A stretch of DNA of 64,000 bases. Origin: Botryllus schlosseri. Its lineage: Eukaryota. The stretch spans positions 15,750,001 through 15,814,000 of the forward strand of contig CM119372.1 in the NCBI GenBank assembly GCA_051294905.1. The letters run 5' to 3'. The stretch's first letter is position 1. Every line of letters starts with the position of its first letter. The notes below the pieces were generated by a model. The model saw only the letters and a program-made list of their open reading frames with translations, ran no database searches and was not told the DNA's origin. Positions 12,101-24,100 of this stretch are shown here, in pieces. Made by a program: the position numbers and the translations under genes.

Positions 12101-15100
12101 TGTTTGACAATAAACTCTGCCCACTACCGCATTGTCGATGTAATTAACCATCGCATCGAACAGGCCAAGCACGATCGCCACAAACGAATACGGATGCTTA
12201 GAGGGGAGATGCGTATACAAGGATGCCAGTCACAATTTCACGCAGATCGCATAGCACGCTGACGATAGCAGAGGCAGCCACCCGCAGTTCGATTAGATCA
12301 GTGGTTCCCTAACCTTTTTCGGCTTGTGGACCCCTTGGCCGATATTTGAGCCGAAATTCCCCCCCTAAGACAAAGTTGCCCGGTTACTAAGAAGGTGCAT
12401 TTTAACGCACAGCTATTTGTTGACTGAGCAATATATACCAAAACGTATTCAGATATGCCCTAACTGTGTTGAATGCGGACCGCATTACACTTTCGTAAAG
12501 TACCGCTGACAACTTCCATATCAATTATTTGACACTAGGTGTATTGTTATCAGTGGTGGCTTTTGGTGTGGGCTAGAGGTCGACCGATATTGATTTCTAC
12601 AAGCCAATATCGATACCGATATATCGGCTAACAAGGCCGATACCGATATCATAGGCCGATATTAATATGGAAGGAGCAGAGAACAATTTCACCAAAAATA
12701 TTATTTAATAGGCAAGATGGCACTTGTACATGCCACAGAAAGCTGAACAACAAACGAGAAAACTGAAATTAAAAATAATTATTGCTTAATTGTGCACATT
12801 CGATGAAATTTGGGATAACCCAAAAAGCAAAATATGATACAGAATTGCAGATCAGTCTAGAAAAGGTAGATTGTAATGCAGGAAGCATAGTTTCTCTGCA
12901 TGCTCATGCTCACACCCAGCTAAACTCGTCCTGCAAGTGTAAATCTGTCATATATCGCCCTTTGCGTCGTCGATTTCTTGAGATTGAGAACACGGACCAT
13001 TGAATTTCCGAAATTTTTGAATTTATTTCAAATATAAAATATCGGCTGCGATATCGGCCTTCATAGGCCGATATCGATAAAGCTCTAAATGTCGGCCTCG
13101 ATAATCGGCTATGTTGATAATCGGTCGACCTCTAGTGTGGGCGGTCGCCCAGGGGTCCTTGGTCGAAAAATCCCCCATCTTTGGTTTAAGTGCCTTTTCA
13201 AGGATTATAGCAAATAAACGTGGAAATCCGTGTACCAATCAAGAATATGGTTCCGTACAGATGGGTCAATCATCAAATCTCTGCATTTGTTAGAAAAGTT
13301 CCATAACCCGATAATAAAACCTTGACGTGGTGTGTTGGCTTACTACTAATAATGTCACCCGAGAGCTTGCCAAATAAATGTGGTCTATTTGCCTGCAGCA
13401 GTTGTATCACTGCTTTATTATTTCACGCTACATGCCATACATCTTCAACATGAAGACACGAGATATATTTAACTGGGACACTTATTTTATCATTTTACAG
13501 TATATAATGAAAGAAGGCTCAGGAGCTACAACAATTCAACATTGAGGCCTGCTTCAAAACCGTAGGCCTATTACAATGTCATACACGTCAGTGACGTAAT
13601 TCCGGTCCATATGACGCATTAATTTAAGTTGGTAATAATAGAAGCGAGGGGGGTCTGGGGGTTAAGTCCCACAAAAGCTGCGATTACATACTTATGGGGC
13701 CCCCTGGAAGTCTCGCACAGGACCCCCAATAGTAGGGCCACCACTGATTGTTATCAAAAATTTATCTAAATCAAAAGAAATTAGGTCATCACTTTCCGTT
13801 GTGGTAAAATTCCTCTAAATTTGGCCTGTTTTTACTGGTCGGGTAGGTCCTGACTACAAATAAATCACCAAATTCGCTTTTGCGATGGCCTTGAGTTGAA
13901 TCAATGAATTTCGTGTTTTTCACGTTAGCAGAGATGTTGGCTTTAAAAAGGTAAACATTTTCCCCCACGGCCTTTTTGTGCTGAATCCTCTCCGACTTTT
14001 TCCTGCTTGGTAGCAATTTGGTCGAGAGGCTGTCGCGGGCCCAACGACATCGTATCACGCGCCTCACATTTTCAGGGGGTGGAAGATTATAGAGGCATAT
14101 AAATATATATCTAGCTAAGAATCCGCCAAAAGAAACCTTCTAAAACCAGTTTCATACTTTTCAGTTCTAACATAAAAGTCGAAAAATGTTGCGAACCAAG
14201 TGTGTATGTTCCGTTACAACGCTAAGGCCAAATTCCCCCTAAAAGTTTCGAAATTCCCAACAAGGGGGGAATTCCCCCCCGGTTGGGAACCACTGGATTA
14301 GATAATTCCGACAAACCGAGATAATAACCCGTTTTACCAGGTGTTATTTGTTGAGCTTTACTTCTCAATTCTCAAATTCGTCGCCGGTAACATATCGTTG
14401 CTCTCCGAGCCTACATTTCAACAGTAGTGACGGCGCGCTGACAAAAAATCGCACTGTGGACGTCTGTTGTTTGTAATTCTAATTTGTATACGTGAACATC
14501 ACTTCCAAACGAATTCATTTCTCGATGGTGATTAGGAAGACGATGAGGATTTGAAAACTACATTGCCATACAGGTGCTGCCATGTCTGCTCCTATCCGCG
14601 TTCAATCAACGCAATGGGCAAAACTTAATACCACCTTCATGGCAGTCTATTATTCGGGTAAAGCGAATTTGCAGGGACTATTGATTGCAGGGATCACTGC
14701 AATTTTAATTTGTCAAGTTTACTGTACAAACTTCACATCGAGCCCGCTTTTTATTATTCATCGTTTGCTATGGACTAGAGCGCACAATTTCAAAATTTTC
14801 GAATACATCTCTCGCGGCACACTTGCGATACGTAAATGGCACACTGGTGTGCCGGGGCACCCAGGTTGAGAACCACTGAATTAACTGGTAGGGATGGTGG
14901 AGGGGTTTCTTCGAAATCTATGGGCACAAAATTAATGATGATGAATCTTCCGGTTAATATTCACTCAGTTGCATGTTGTTATTTTTCGACCTCGCATCTG
15001 GACTGTCGGTATAGCCAAAATATATTGGAATTAATCCAACGTACCAGAACAATACTTCATTCTTGACACACACACGATTCTAGCATTGTATTTATTTTAT

Positions 15101-18100
15101 GTGGCACACCATTTTCCTCCGTGGTTCGCATTTGTATGGTGGGGCTGAGATTGCAAAGACACCATTATATTAAGAACGAATAATCCAAGTCACCCTGAGA
15201 ATTTTTTTAGGTTAAATTATAATCTCTCTAAGATTTGGGAACTAATTCGTATATTCAAATTGCATATTGACGGCCGCCAACACACGTCAAATTAATTATG
15301 GTTTCATGGCTATATGCCAGTGATCTGGAACCTGTGACTCGCGAGCCATATATGTCTCTTTTGGGTACAAGATATGGCTCTTTGAGAAATTTTTCATTCT
15401 GTACTTGATTTATCATTATTACAGCAACTTGTTGGTAAATTTCCAAGACGGCGAGAATAAATATTATTCTTGTGACTGCATAAACATGTCTTTAAGGGGT
15501 CAAGACAGAGGGGTGTACATGGTTAGGAGCTCGTTAGCGCCCTCTTTCAAAATCCTCACATTAAAATTGCTTACCAATAAACATTGAAGGGTTCACAATT
15601 TTCCTTCACTGATCCCAGGCGACATGTGAGGCACTTCCTCATTTGCCTCCCCTAACACCAAGTCACTAATGTATCACACGGTGGGTATGTACTGCTGTAG
15701 TGACTATGTTTGGCTCAACCCACCCATGTGGACAGAAAAATATGACGCACACTACACGAATCCCATATATTAGACAATTAGAGCTATCAATATGTCACTG
15801 CTGTTCAATTGTGACGTAACAGTTGATTGACATGTATGACTCTTTGGGAGTTGCAATTGAAAATATTGGTCCAATATGGCTTTTCGGTCGAAAAAGGTTC
15901 CCGACCACTGCTATATGCGTACTGACCTCTGGCCTAATCGAAATCAGTATGTGCGTGTGCATAGTGCACCGAGCAAGGCTACAACGTATAGGAAATCCTA
16001 AGTACTAATCCGGACTCGAGGTTATCGGAACACCATCCAACACGGTCCTCATCAAACTTGACTCCCGAGAACCCCAAGACTACTCCCCTGCAATTATTTG
16101 CACTAGGCTATTTATAAGCATCTCGAAAACAGTACCAATTCAAAATGTGTGCGCTGTCGCGGCGGTGTCCTCGAGGTTCATTGCAGACGGATCGCAATCT
16201 GAACATTGAACACATGATAACTTTATCATGTTCTAGTACAAAAGGAACCAATAAGTGCATTACCAGCGGTTAAATGATGAGGAGAAACATTTGCTTATGA
16301 AATCACAAAAGCAATGTAGCCTATTTTACGGCTGGCTACAGCTGATATTGACATTCTACGATTTTGCACATCCGGACAAGCTGGTCCGAAGCATAAACCA
16401 ACCTATTTATTGCGATAGCTAGCCGTTGGTCCATTTTAATGTGGAAATGGTACAACCCAGTACATCCTATCCGAGTGGTACACCCTTTAAAATTATTGTA
16501 CACCCTAGGGCAGACCTGGGCAAAGTCCGGCCCGCGTGCCAAATGCGGCCCGCGGAGCTATTCTGAGCGGCGCGCGAAAAGTCGCTTGGAATTAAAAACA
16601 TAAAACATACTTTTAAATGTTGCCGACGGGAGTAAAACCACACGCTGTATAAACATAGTCTGAAATTCGTTTACTTTGAAGCCTGTTCAGTAATATGGCG
16701 CGTGCGTAATCCATATTCAAAATAAAGCCAATGTAGCGAAGCATTCCGCAAGAATTAAAGTCACAAGAAATCACTCGCATTCCATATAGTTTAGTTCAAA
16801 TCTTTTTGTTGCCATTGTTACCCATTACATAGTCTGTGCTTGAGATTGTTATGTGATACGTTTCCAAACTCCCCATAAATCCTAAAACATGTCAATCAGT
16901 GCTCACGATTGCCATATGAGTCATACTCACCCATTAAGGATGAACAAGCATGTCAACAAAAAGCCGAATGCTAAAATTCAAAGAAGGTTAGGAGCACTAA
17001 TCAATTGTTCGTCCTTTTAGTTAGTGCTGAGCAGGCCGCCGTATTTAAGGAGTATGTTTCAAGTCGATCCTATGACAAAACACAAATAAAAACACTCGGT
17101 CATGGGAGGTCGAATTTTAGAAGAGCTGCCAACTTCGCTCAACACAAAGACTAATTCACCAAGCTGCACAGTGCATACTGCACACTGCACACTGCTAGGA
17201 AGGCAGCGATCACGGCAATAAGCTTTGTAGTATCCCAAATACATTGTAACATCCTAATAGAAAAATGTTCACGGGTGTTTTAAGAGTGTTAAAAATGTAG
17301 CACGTTCAACATATTGTTTTATGACGGCAAATTATTATTGGTGATATTTATTACTTAACCGTCACTTTCTCATTACATAATATCAACACATCCACTGTGC
17401 AGCATTTATTAACGGCGTCTTCTTTTAAATTAGAAATAGAATTAGTACACTGAAGAATATAGCTAAAATTGTTAATTCGGCCCGCAAATGTATTTTTCTG
17501 CTTCTCATTTGGCCCGTGGGGAAAAATAATTTCCCACTCCTGCCCTATAGGGTGTATAATACACTCTGTTGACTGCTTTTCATTTCTTCTTACGCCATTA
17601 TTGACCGTGGTGCAAAGCGCCCAATTTTTCTTTTATTAAATAACAACAGTATCAACAAAACCAGGTTGGTTGAGGAGCCCTGCGATGGTGGTTATATATA
17701 TATCTTACTTTTCATAGTATGTTTAAATATACCAAACGCCGTTTCCGGGCGACCCGTGGAATATCCACATCGATATGTTTTGTTTTATTTCAAGAATTCC
17801 TATATTTGCTGTTTAAGCTTGATCGATTTCCAGATATATGACGCATGCCTATGATCAGGAGAGGATGGATGTTTGCCAAGCAACTTCAGGAGTTATGAGT
17901 TACATGCATACAACACCAGCGTGCTATTGCACTACATTTTAAAGTCGATTCGGAATATTCATAAATTTAAGCATCGTTACACTCATGAGCAGGCCGTGTT
18001 ATTTTTGGCATATGCCAAAACTGCCAAAAATAACTTATTTTTGGCATTTTTCGATTTTTATTTTTGGCAGTTTTGGCATCGTCCTCTAAATAGATAGTTT

Positions 18101-21100
18101 CAGCCTTGAATTAGTCACAAAAACGCTTTATTCGGGCTACTTTGTCAAAAGACACCACAAAATGTGCAGCATCCACGTATAATCAGTGCCAACAAACAAT
18201 AAGAAGAAAAAACCTAACGATTTTATAGGTTAATAATATCAAACGAAACCACAAAATGTGCAGTATCCATGGGAATCGGTGCCAATAAGCAAAAAAAAAA
18301 AGAAAGAAAAGCCTAACAAACACACTCAACAGCTGATTGTTACAGCTGTTGAGTAGACTTAAATCGTTTGCATTGTAACAGTGCTTCCAAACTCAGGTCA
18401 GCTAAGTTTCTCCTAAATTCATTTCTCGCCCAGCGAATCTGGGAAATATCGGCTTCAACAGTAGCCGTTTAGGGAAAGAATGTTGCCAGTCATCCACAAA
18501 AGGTTTTCAGAGCTTCAAAATCTTTGGAGGGCCGAACCGCCTTCCATGCATCATGAAAAGAGATCACTTCGCCAGTGCCATCGATCTCATCGCGGAAAGA
18601 ATTTTCTTCCCGATCCTTTTCTAGGAGTTTCCTGTGTTGTCTCTCAACACATTCTATTTAGTAGCCCGACTATCATTTCTCCTTCAGTCTACCGATATAT
18701 TTTCGGAGGACTTTTGGCACTTCAGGAGGCTTTAATATTACCAACTCGCATGGAAGAGTCCTGGGAAGGTTAGCTTGTTTAAGAACATTGACGCAACAAG
18801 ACTGTCTGGCAAAACGAGACTATGCAGCTCAGAAATAGCCAGACAGTTTGTTGCGTCACAATGTTCCATTCGATCACAATGCAAAAATCGTGGTTGATTT
18901 TGGGGGTTCCAGTTCCATGAGCAGAATATAATTTATATTTTAATAATCAGTACTGCGGCAGCTTCTCATTGATACCCGTTTTATCAAATTTACGCTCGAC
19001 AAGCCGGTCAAAAATGGTCGTAAAATTGCATTTGGACAAATGGAAAGTATGACGCAAACCAAATGCAGTCAGCCGGTCAATCTCGCTGTGCCCACACCAT
19101 TTAGGACACCATGCTTTCACCCCTAATGGGTGGGTTGGACCCAGATTAAGAAACCTGCCTTTCACAAACGCTCTTCTCGCTTGTAACGCGGTCCTGTTAA
19201 CACAATACCATGAACGAAATACACTATTTGGCAGGCCGTGTTATTTTTGGCATATGCCAAAAATTGCTTATTTTTGGCATTTTCAAATTTTTATTTTTGG
19301 CAGTTTTGGCATCTGGCTCTTGAAATGCCAAAAATAACACGGTCTGCTCATGAGTGAGGCTGTATGAGATGCCCTATTTCGTACTTCGTAATTTTTGCCG
19401 AGAGATTACTCCAAAAGGTTGTCTATTATTATTGAAAGTCGTAACAGCTTAGTCGGATAAATATACAGTATACAGATAAGTAAGTCAGCATTAAAACATA
19501 GCATATGCTTTTGGTTGAAAGTCGCCCAGTCATAGTCTTTATTTTAAGATATGATGAAAGCAACTATATGATTCACAATTCAAAATTCAGATGGTGATTC
19601 CCAGAGGTGGTCAAAGTAGTCAAGAAAGCTACTCAAGTAGAAGTAGAAGTAGCGAAGAAAAAAAATCTACTCAAGTACAAGTAGAAGTACTTCTTTCATA
19701 AGCAACCTAAAACTACTTGAAGTAGAAGTAGAATTGACTGACTTTAAATCTACTCAAGTAAGTAAGTAAGTAAGTAAGTAGTTGTGAAAACGATCGTAAT
19801 TCGTTGACATGGATTATCAAAAGGTGCAAACTGAGCTATGCGAAAGGTGTAGAGCTTCATTCTTATGGATGCATAGATTGCATACCAGGAGGTATCCAAT
19901 TTTCGAAAGCATAAGCATTCGTCCGCATCATGGGATGGAAACGATAGTATTGATATGGAAATGCGATACTAATCCTCTTTTTAACCGAACATGGGGCACC
20001 CTCTCCCATGTTATTAGGCCTGTAGTTTAGACGAAGAGCAATACGGAGAAGGTGTATGGGATACGGTGTAAACACTTTGCGCGATAAGTAAACATTAATA
20101 AGAAGTATGGTGGATCGTAAAATGCCATATGTGTAGTTTTATTTCCGAAAATTAAAGGCATTACCACACTTGCTTTTATACTTCAACCTCTACGTTATCC
20201 AAAAAAAGAACTGATATTAATTAGAACTCAAAGTATATGATACTAGGTATAGTAAGTGAAATATAAATACTACTTCTAAAAGCGGAACATTCATTTCGTG
20301 TCTTCAGTCCAGAAAGTTTCGAAGGTTGGTGAGCTGAAACAGCTCTTAAACTAAAAAAAAGTCAGAGTCCACTTTTCCAGATTAGGGCACGACATGGACT
20401 GCTAGATAACGATATGATAAGTAAATGCTAGATTGCGTAACATCACTTTCAGACGTTATGATGAAGTGGCGAGATTGCGCAGTGGTATAATCCGCGGCTG
20501 TAACACCAATGGGTTGCGGGTTCGAATCCGACCGAGGTCGACTTCAGAAATCCTATACCTAAGTCATGGTGGTTTATCTAGGCTCCTCTTCATCCCCTCA
20601 TCCGCGTAAGCGGTATCTTACAAAAAGCCTATAAGTGGGCCGTGCTATAAGTCGGCAGTTATGGAATAAAGAGAGAGTCTTTAGAGTCTTTAGAGAGAGA
20701 GAGTCTTTATTTTCATCGAACCAAAATACATAACAAACGGCAGTGATGGTGGTACAGAAAATATGCGTGCACAGTATTCGGTATTAGATATGAATGATCG
20801 AGAAGACCGTGAAGGTCATCTAGTCTGATCACACCAGCATCAAACAGGTACACTTGACTCTGAACAGTCTGGATGTAAAGAAATGTTTAGTTAAAGGAAA
20901 ATAGAAAAAAATTAAACAATGGTGGCAAATGATCAATGAAGCAATGTCTGGGCGAGGTAGGGCAACAGTGTTAGTGTAACGACAAGAGGTGATCAAGTAG
21001 GGCTTTTTTGAATCTATTATAAGGCAATTCACGAATATGTGGTGGTAATGCATTCCAGATGATAGGTCCCGAGTAGTCGATAGATCTCTTAGTTAGGTTG

Positions 21101-24100
21101 CTATTGGGTGGGGGTAAGTAGATGTTTCCTTCCTTAAAAAATTAATAATATCGACCTGGTATAAATGACCATAGTAGTCGACAAACACCACGAATAATAC
21201 AAAAAAGAACGTTATGATGAGCCATAATATTATATACTGTGATGAAATATTCGACATCGCAACGGGCGACAATGCTGTGTGAACGGAACCACGCCAACCA
21301 GCTACCTAAATTATATTCACCGATACTATAGTGATATCATACGGGTTACCCCGTACCCACTGCGCGCGAAGCGAGACGAAATATCTGGGCTTTAAACAAA
21401 TTTTATGAAAATTAAATGTTGATGCTCCGTGAAAACAGCCCCGAAACTCCTCAGGCTATCTTCCCGTTTGGAGGATTAAACTACTTCTACTTGACAAACT
21501 GAAAATAGCGAAAAGTAAGTAAGTAGATCACAAAATATTATGAAGTAGAAGTGGAAGTAGCGAAAATCAGATCTACTTGAGTAAGTACCAGAAGTAGAGG
21601 AAAACTACTTGAGTACTTCGAAAAAGTAGAAGTACTTCGTTACTGACCACCTCTGGTGATTCCATTAGACATAAGACGGCGTTTGTGAAGAAGCAGTTCT
21701 GCCCTGCATCAACGGCGTCCTATTCAATTTTTCTGGACAATCGCTCGTGACAAACTATCAATTCATGCATGGTTCATTCTTTATGTCTGACAGATCGATG
21801 TACCCTGTGTGGCGACAACGGCTCCTGCAAAAGGGGGAGATGCATCTGCGACGATGGATATGTCCTCCGAAACTATGTCTGTATAGGTATGTCTTTTACC
21901 AAAATAATTTGTGACACGATAGTTTATATTGCACGCACCAATGATGTATTCGATATGTGAAACTAATACTGGTATTTTGAACATAACATTTGTACACGGT
22001 ATGACAGATCCTTGCATATTCACGACGTGTCTCCAAGGCAGGATCTGCAAATTTGGAAAATGTTTGTGCCCGAAAGGAGAGATTGAAGTTGATAACAAAT
22101 GTGTGGGTGCGTATTCATCACGAATTCATAGCAGTATATATAAGTTTCCAATATTTGAGTAGATTTACGTGTTGAGTAGATATGTCCTGTGATATATGAT
22201 ATGATATATCATGTCATAGACACGAATACAGGTGGGCAAATTGGAAAATGGAAAGTAGAACACTACTATGTATTTGGACATGCAAGTTATGACATGAACA
22301 TGGGCCTACTATATTGCTACATGAAATACTAACAGTTTTGGGATTCACTGAAACCAAAATTCGAAAGCTGCAAGTGTAAACTTATATTTGGAACCTTAAC
22401 TGCTTTTCATGGTAGTGTTCATTGTAGCCATTTCCGAAACCATGGCCTTGGGGAGAGACACTGTATTTTAATTGCCCATTTAAGCTGTGTAAGTGTCTTT
22501 AATCACATCAAATTGATTAATGTATGGACTCTCGAAATACATATGTTTCCGCTTTTCAAATCAACGACGTTGTTTCGGTCATAATTAATCTAATTCTCCT
22601 TGTACGAATTTGAGGGGATAAAAGGTGGTGGACTAAATTATATAAAATCCACCTAATAATAAAGCTTGGACCAATTAAAATTAGCAACAATTTAAATGGT
22701 TGAAAAAATTATTTTTCATTATAATCCGACCGAATATCTAAAATTACCTATTCTCCGTGTTCGTATGATATACAAGGCTGCCATGTTCGTGTTGTTATCC
22801 TCGCTAGCAAAACTATACTATATCCCCGGTAACTTTGTGACCGTAAGGGCCCTGTATTGGCACCAAGTATTGCAGGGATGCCCCAAGAATCTTCGGAGCG
22901 CAGGAACTATTTTGCACCACAGGCCTGTAAACATGGAAATATATCGACTGAAGCCAGTGACGGAAGCCAGCCATTTTATTTAAAAACTGAAATAGCGTGA
23001 TTTGTTAAGCGGCACTCTCTAACCTCAGCATATTTTATCACGTCATAAGGTTCGTCTCAGTTTTGTGTTGGATTTTAAGTTGATTGACGCTAAGATTAAC
23101 CGGTAATTCACAAACATGCTCACAGCGTATAATACACCAAGGATCGTTTGGGAACAAGAACCTACGAATTATCGAGGTTCGCATACCGGCCATGAACATT
23201 CGCACCATCCCTAGTGTCGTTAGTACATGCGTTGTTCAAAACATGCGGTTTTTTCACACTAACACACTTATGATATTTATATGCGTGTAACAACTCTGGG
23301 ACGATTGACGCTCTATCGCGCGGCGGCATGGCTAATTGAATGATAATATGTTGCTTCGCGCCGTTCAGACAATACCAGGTGCGGTATATTGATTAGGTTC
23401 AACGCGTAAAGAATTTACCGATTACGATCTGGTGACTCACTAAAAATATATTAATTCGACTCGTTCTATCTTGACAATTGGAAGCAAGAATTCACAGTCT
23501 GCACGAAGACATATGTGCTTCAATTATCGGTTGCCACATAACGTCAGCAATTTACATTGCCATTGTTTATCATTTCAAAACAATGTCCGGCCAGAAAGGA
23601 ATTCAAGCGCTGATCAACTGCGTGTCCTATCAACTGCGAAAACCCACCCCAAAAGTGCGCGAGGAATTGCCGTCCAGGCGTAAAATGTATTTGCAAGGAA
23701 GGATATATCGAATTGAGTCCCACTGATTTCCGATGCGTCGGGCCTTCGCGGTGCCCGGGTGTAGCTGTTAGCCTCTCGTACAGTCTTTAAATGACTTTAG
23801 TTGCGTCTAATCAGCATTTGAATTGACTCGAAGTGACTTGATCCCACCACTGCATGACCCTACGACCTGCACGATGACAAATGTGCAGTAAATTTCCATT
23901 TACGTTGTCCTCTTCTTTAATTTTAGAAAAATGCCCACCCAGAAAGGAATTCAAGAGCTGCTCGACTGCATGTCCTATCAACTGCGAAAACTACAAAAAT
24001 CCACCCCAACAGTGTACGAAGAATTGCCGCCCCGACGTAAAATGTGTTTGCAAGGAAGGATACATCGAATTAAGTTCCACAGATTTCAGATGCGTCAGGC

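Larger units (their letters stand above)
12299..14295. mobile_element. hAT-type element (same family as 37680-40662)
   Basis: TIR cagtggttccc...gggaaccactg; TSD GATTAGAT. Confidence 0.85.
11619..14878. mobile_element. Outer hAT-type element of a 4-level nest
   Basis: TIR cagtagttctcaacc...ggttgagaaccactg; flanks AATTAACC/AATTAACT. Confidence 0.75.

Noticed and set aside
20467..20545. tRNA gene
   Set aside because: A/B boxes are present, but it continues into a repeated body with tail and TSD, so it is a SINE head. The same applies to 38880-38950.
23611..23613. In-frame TGA at a conserved Cys as possible selenocysteine
   Set aside because: The same exon has lost its AG acceptor and has a deletion, and I saw no SECIS-like structure in the short 3' UTR. 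A nonsense mutation is simpler.
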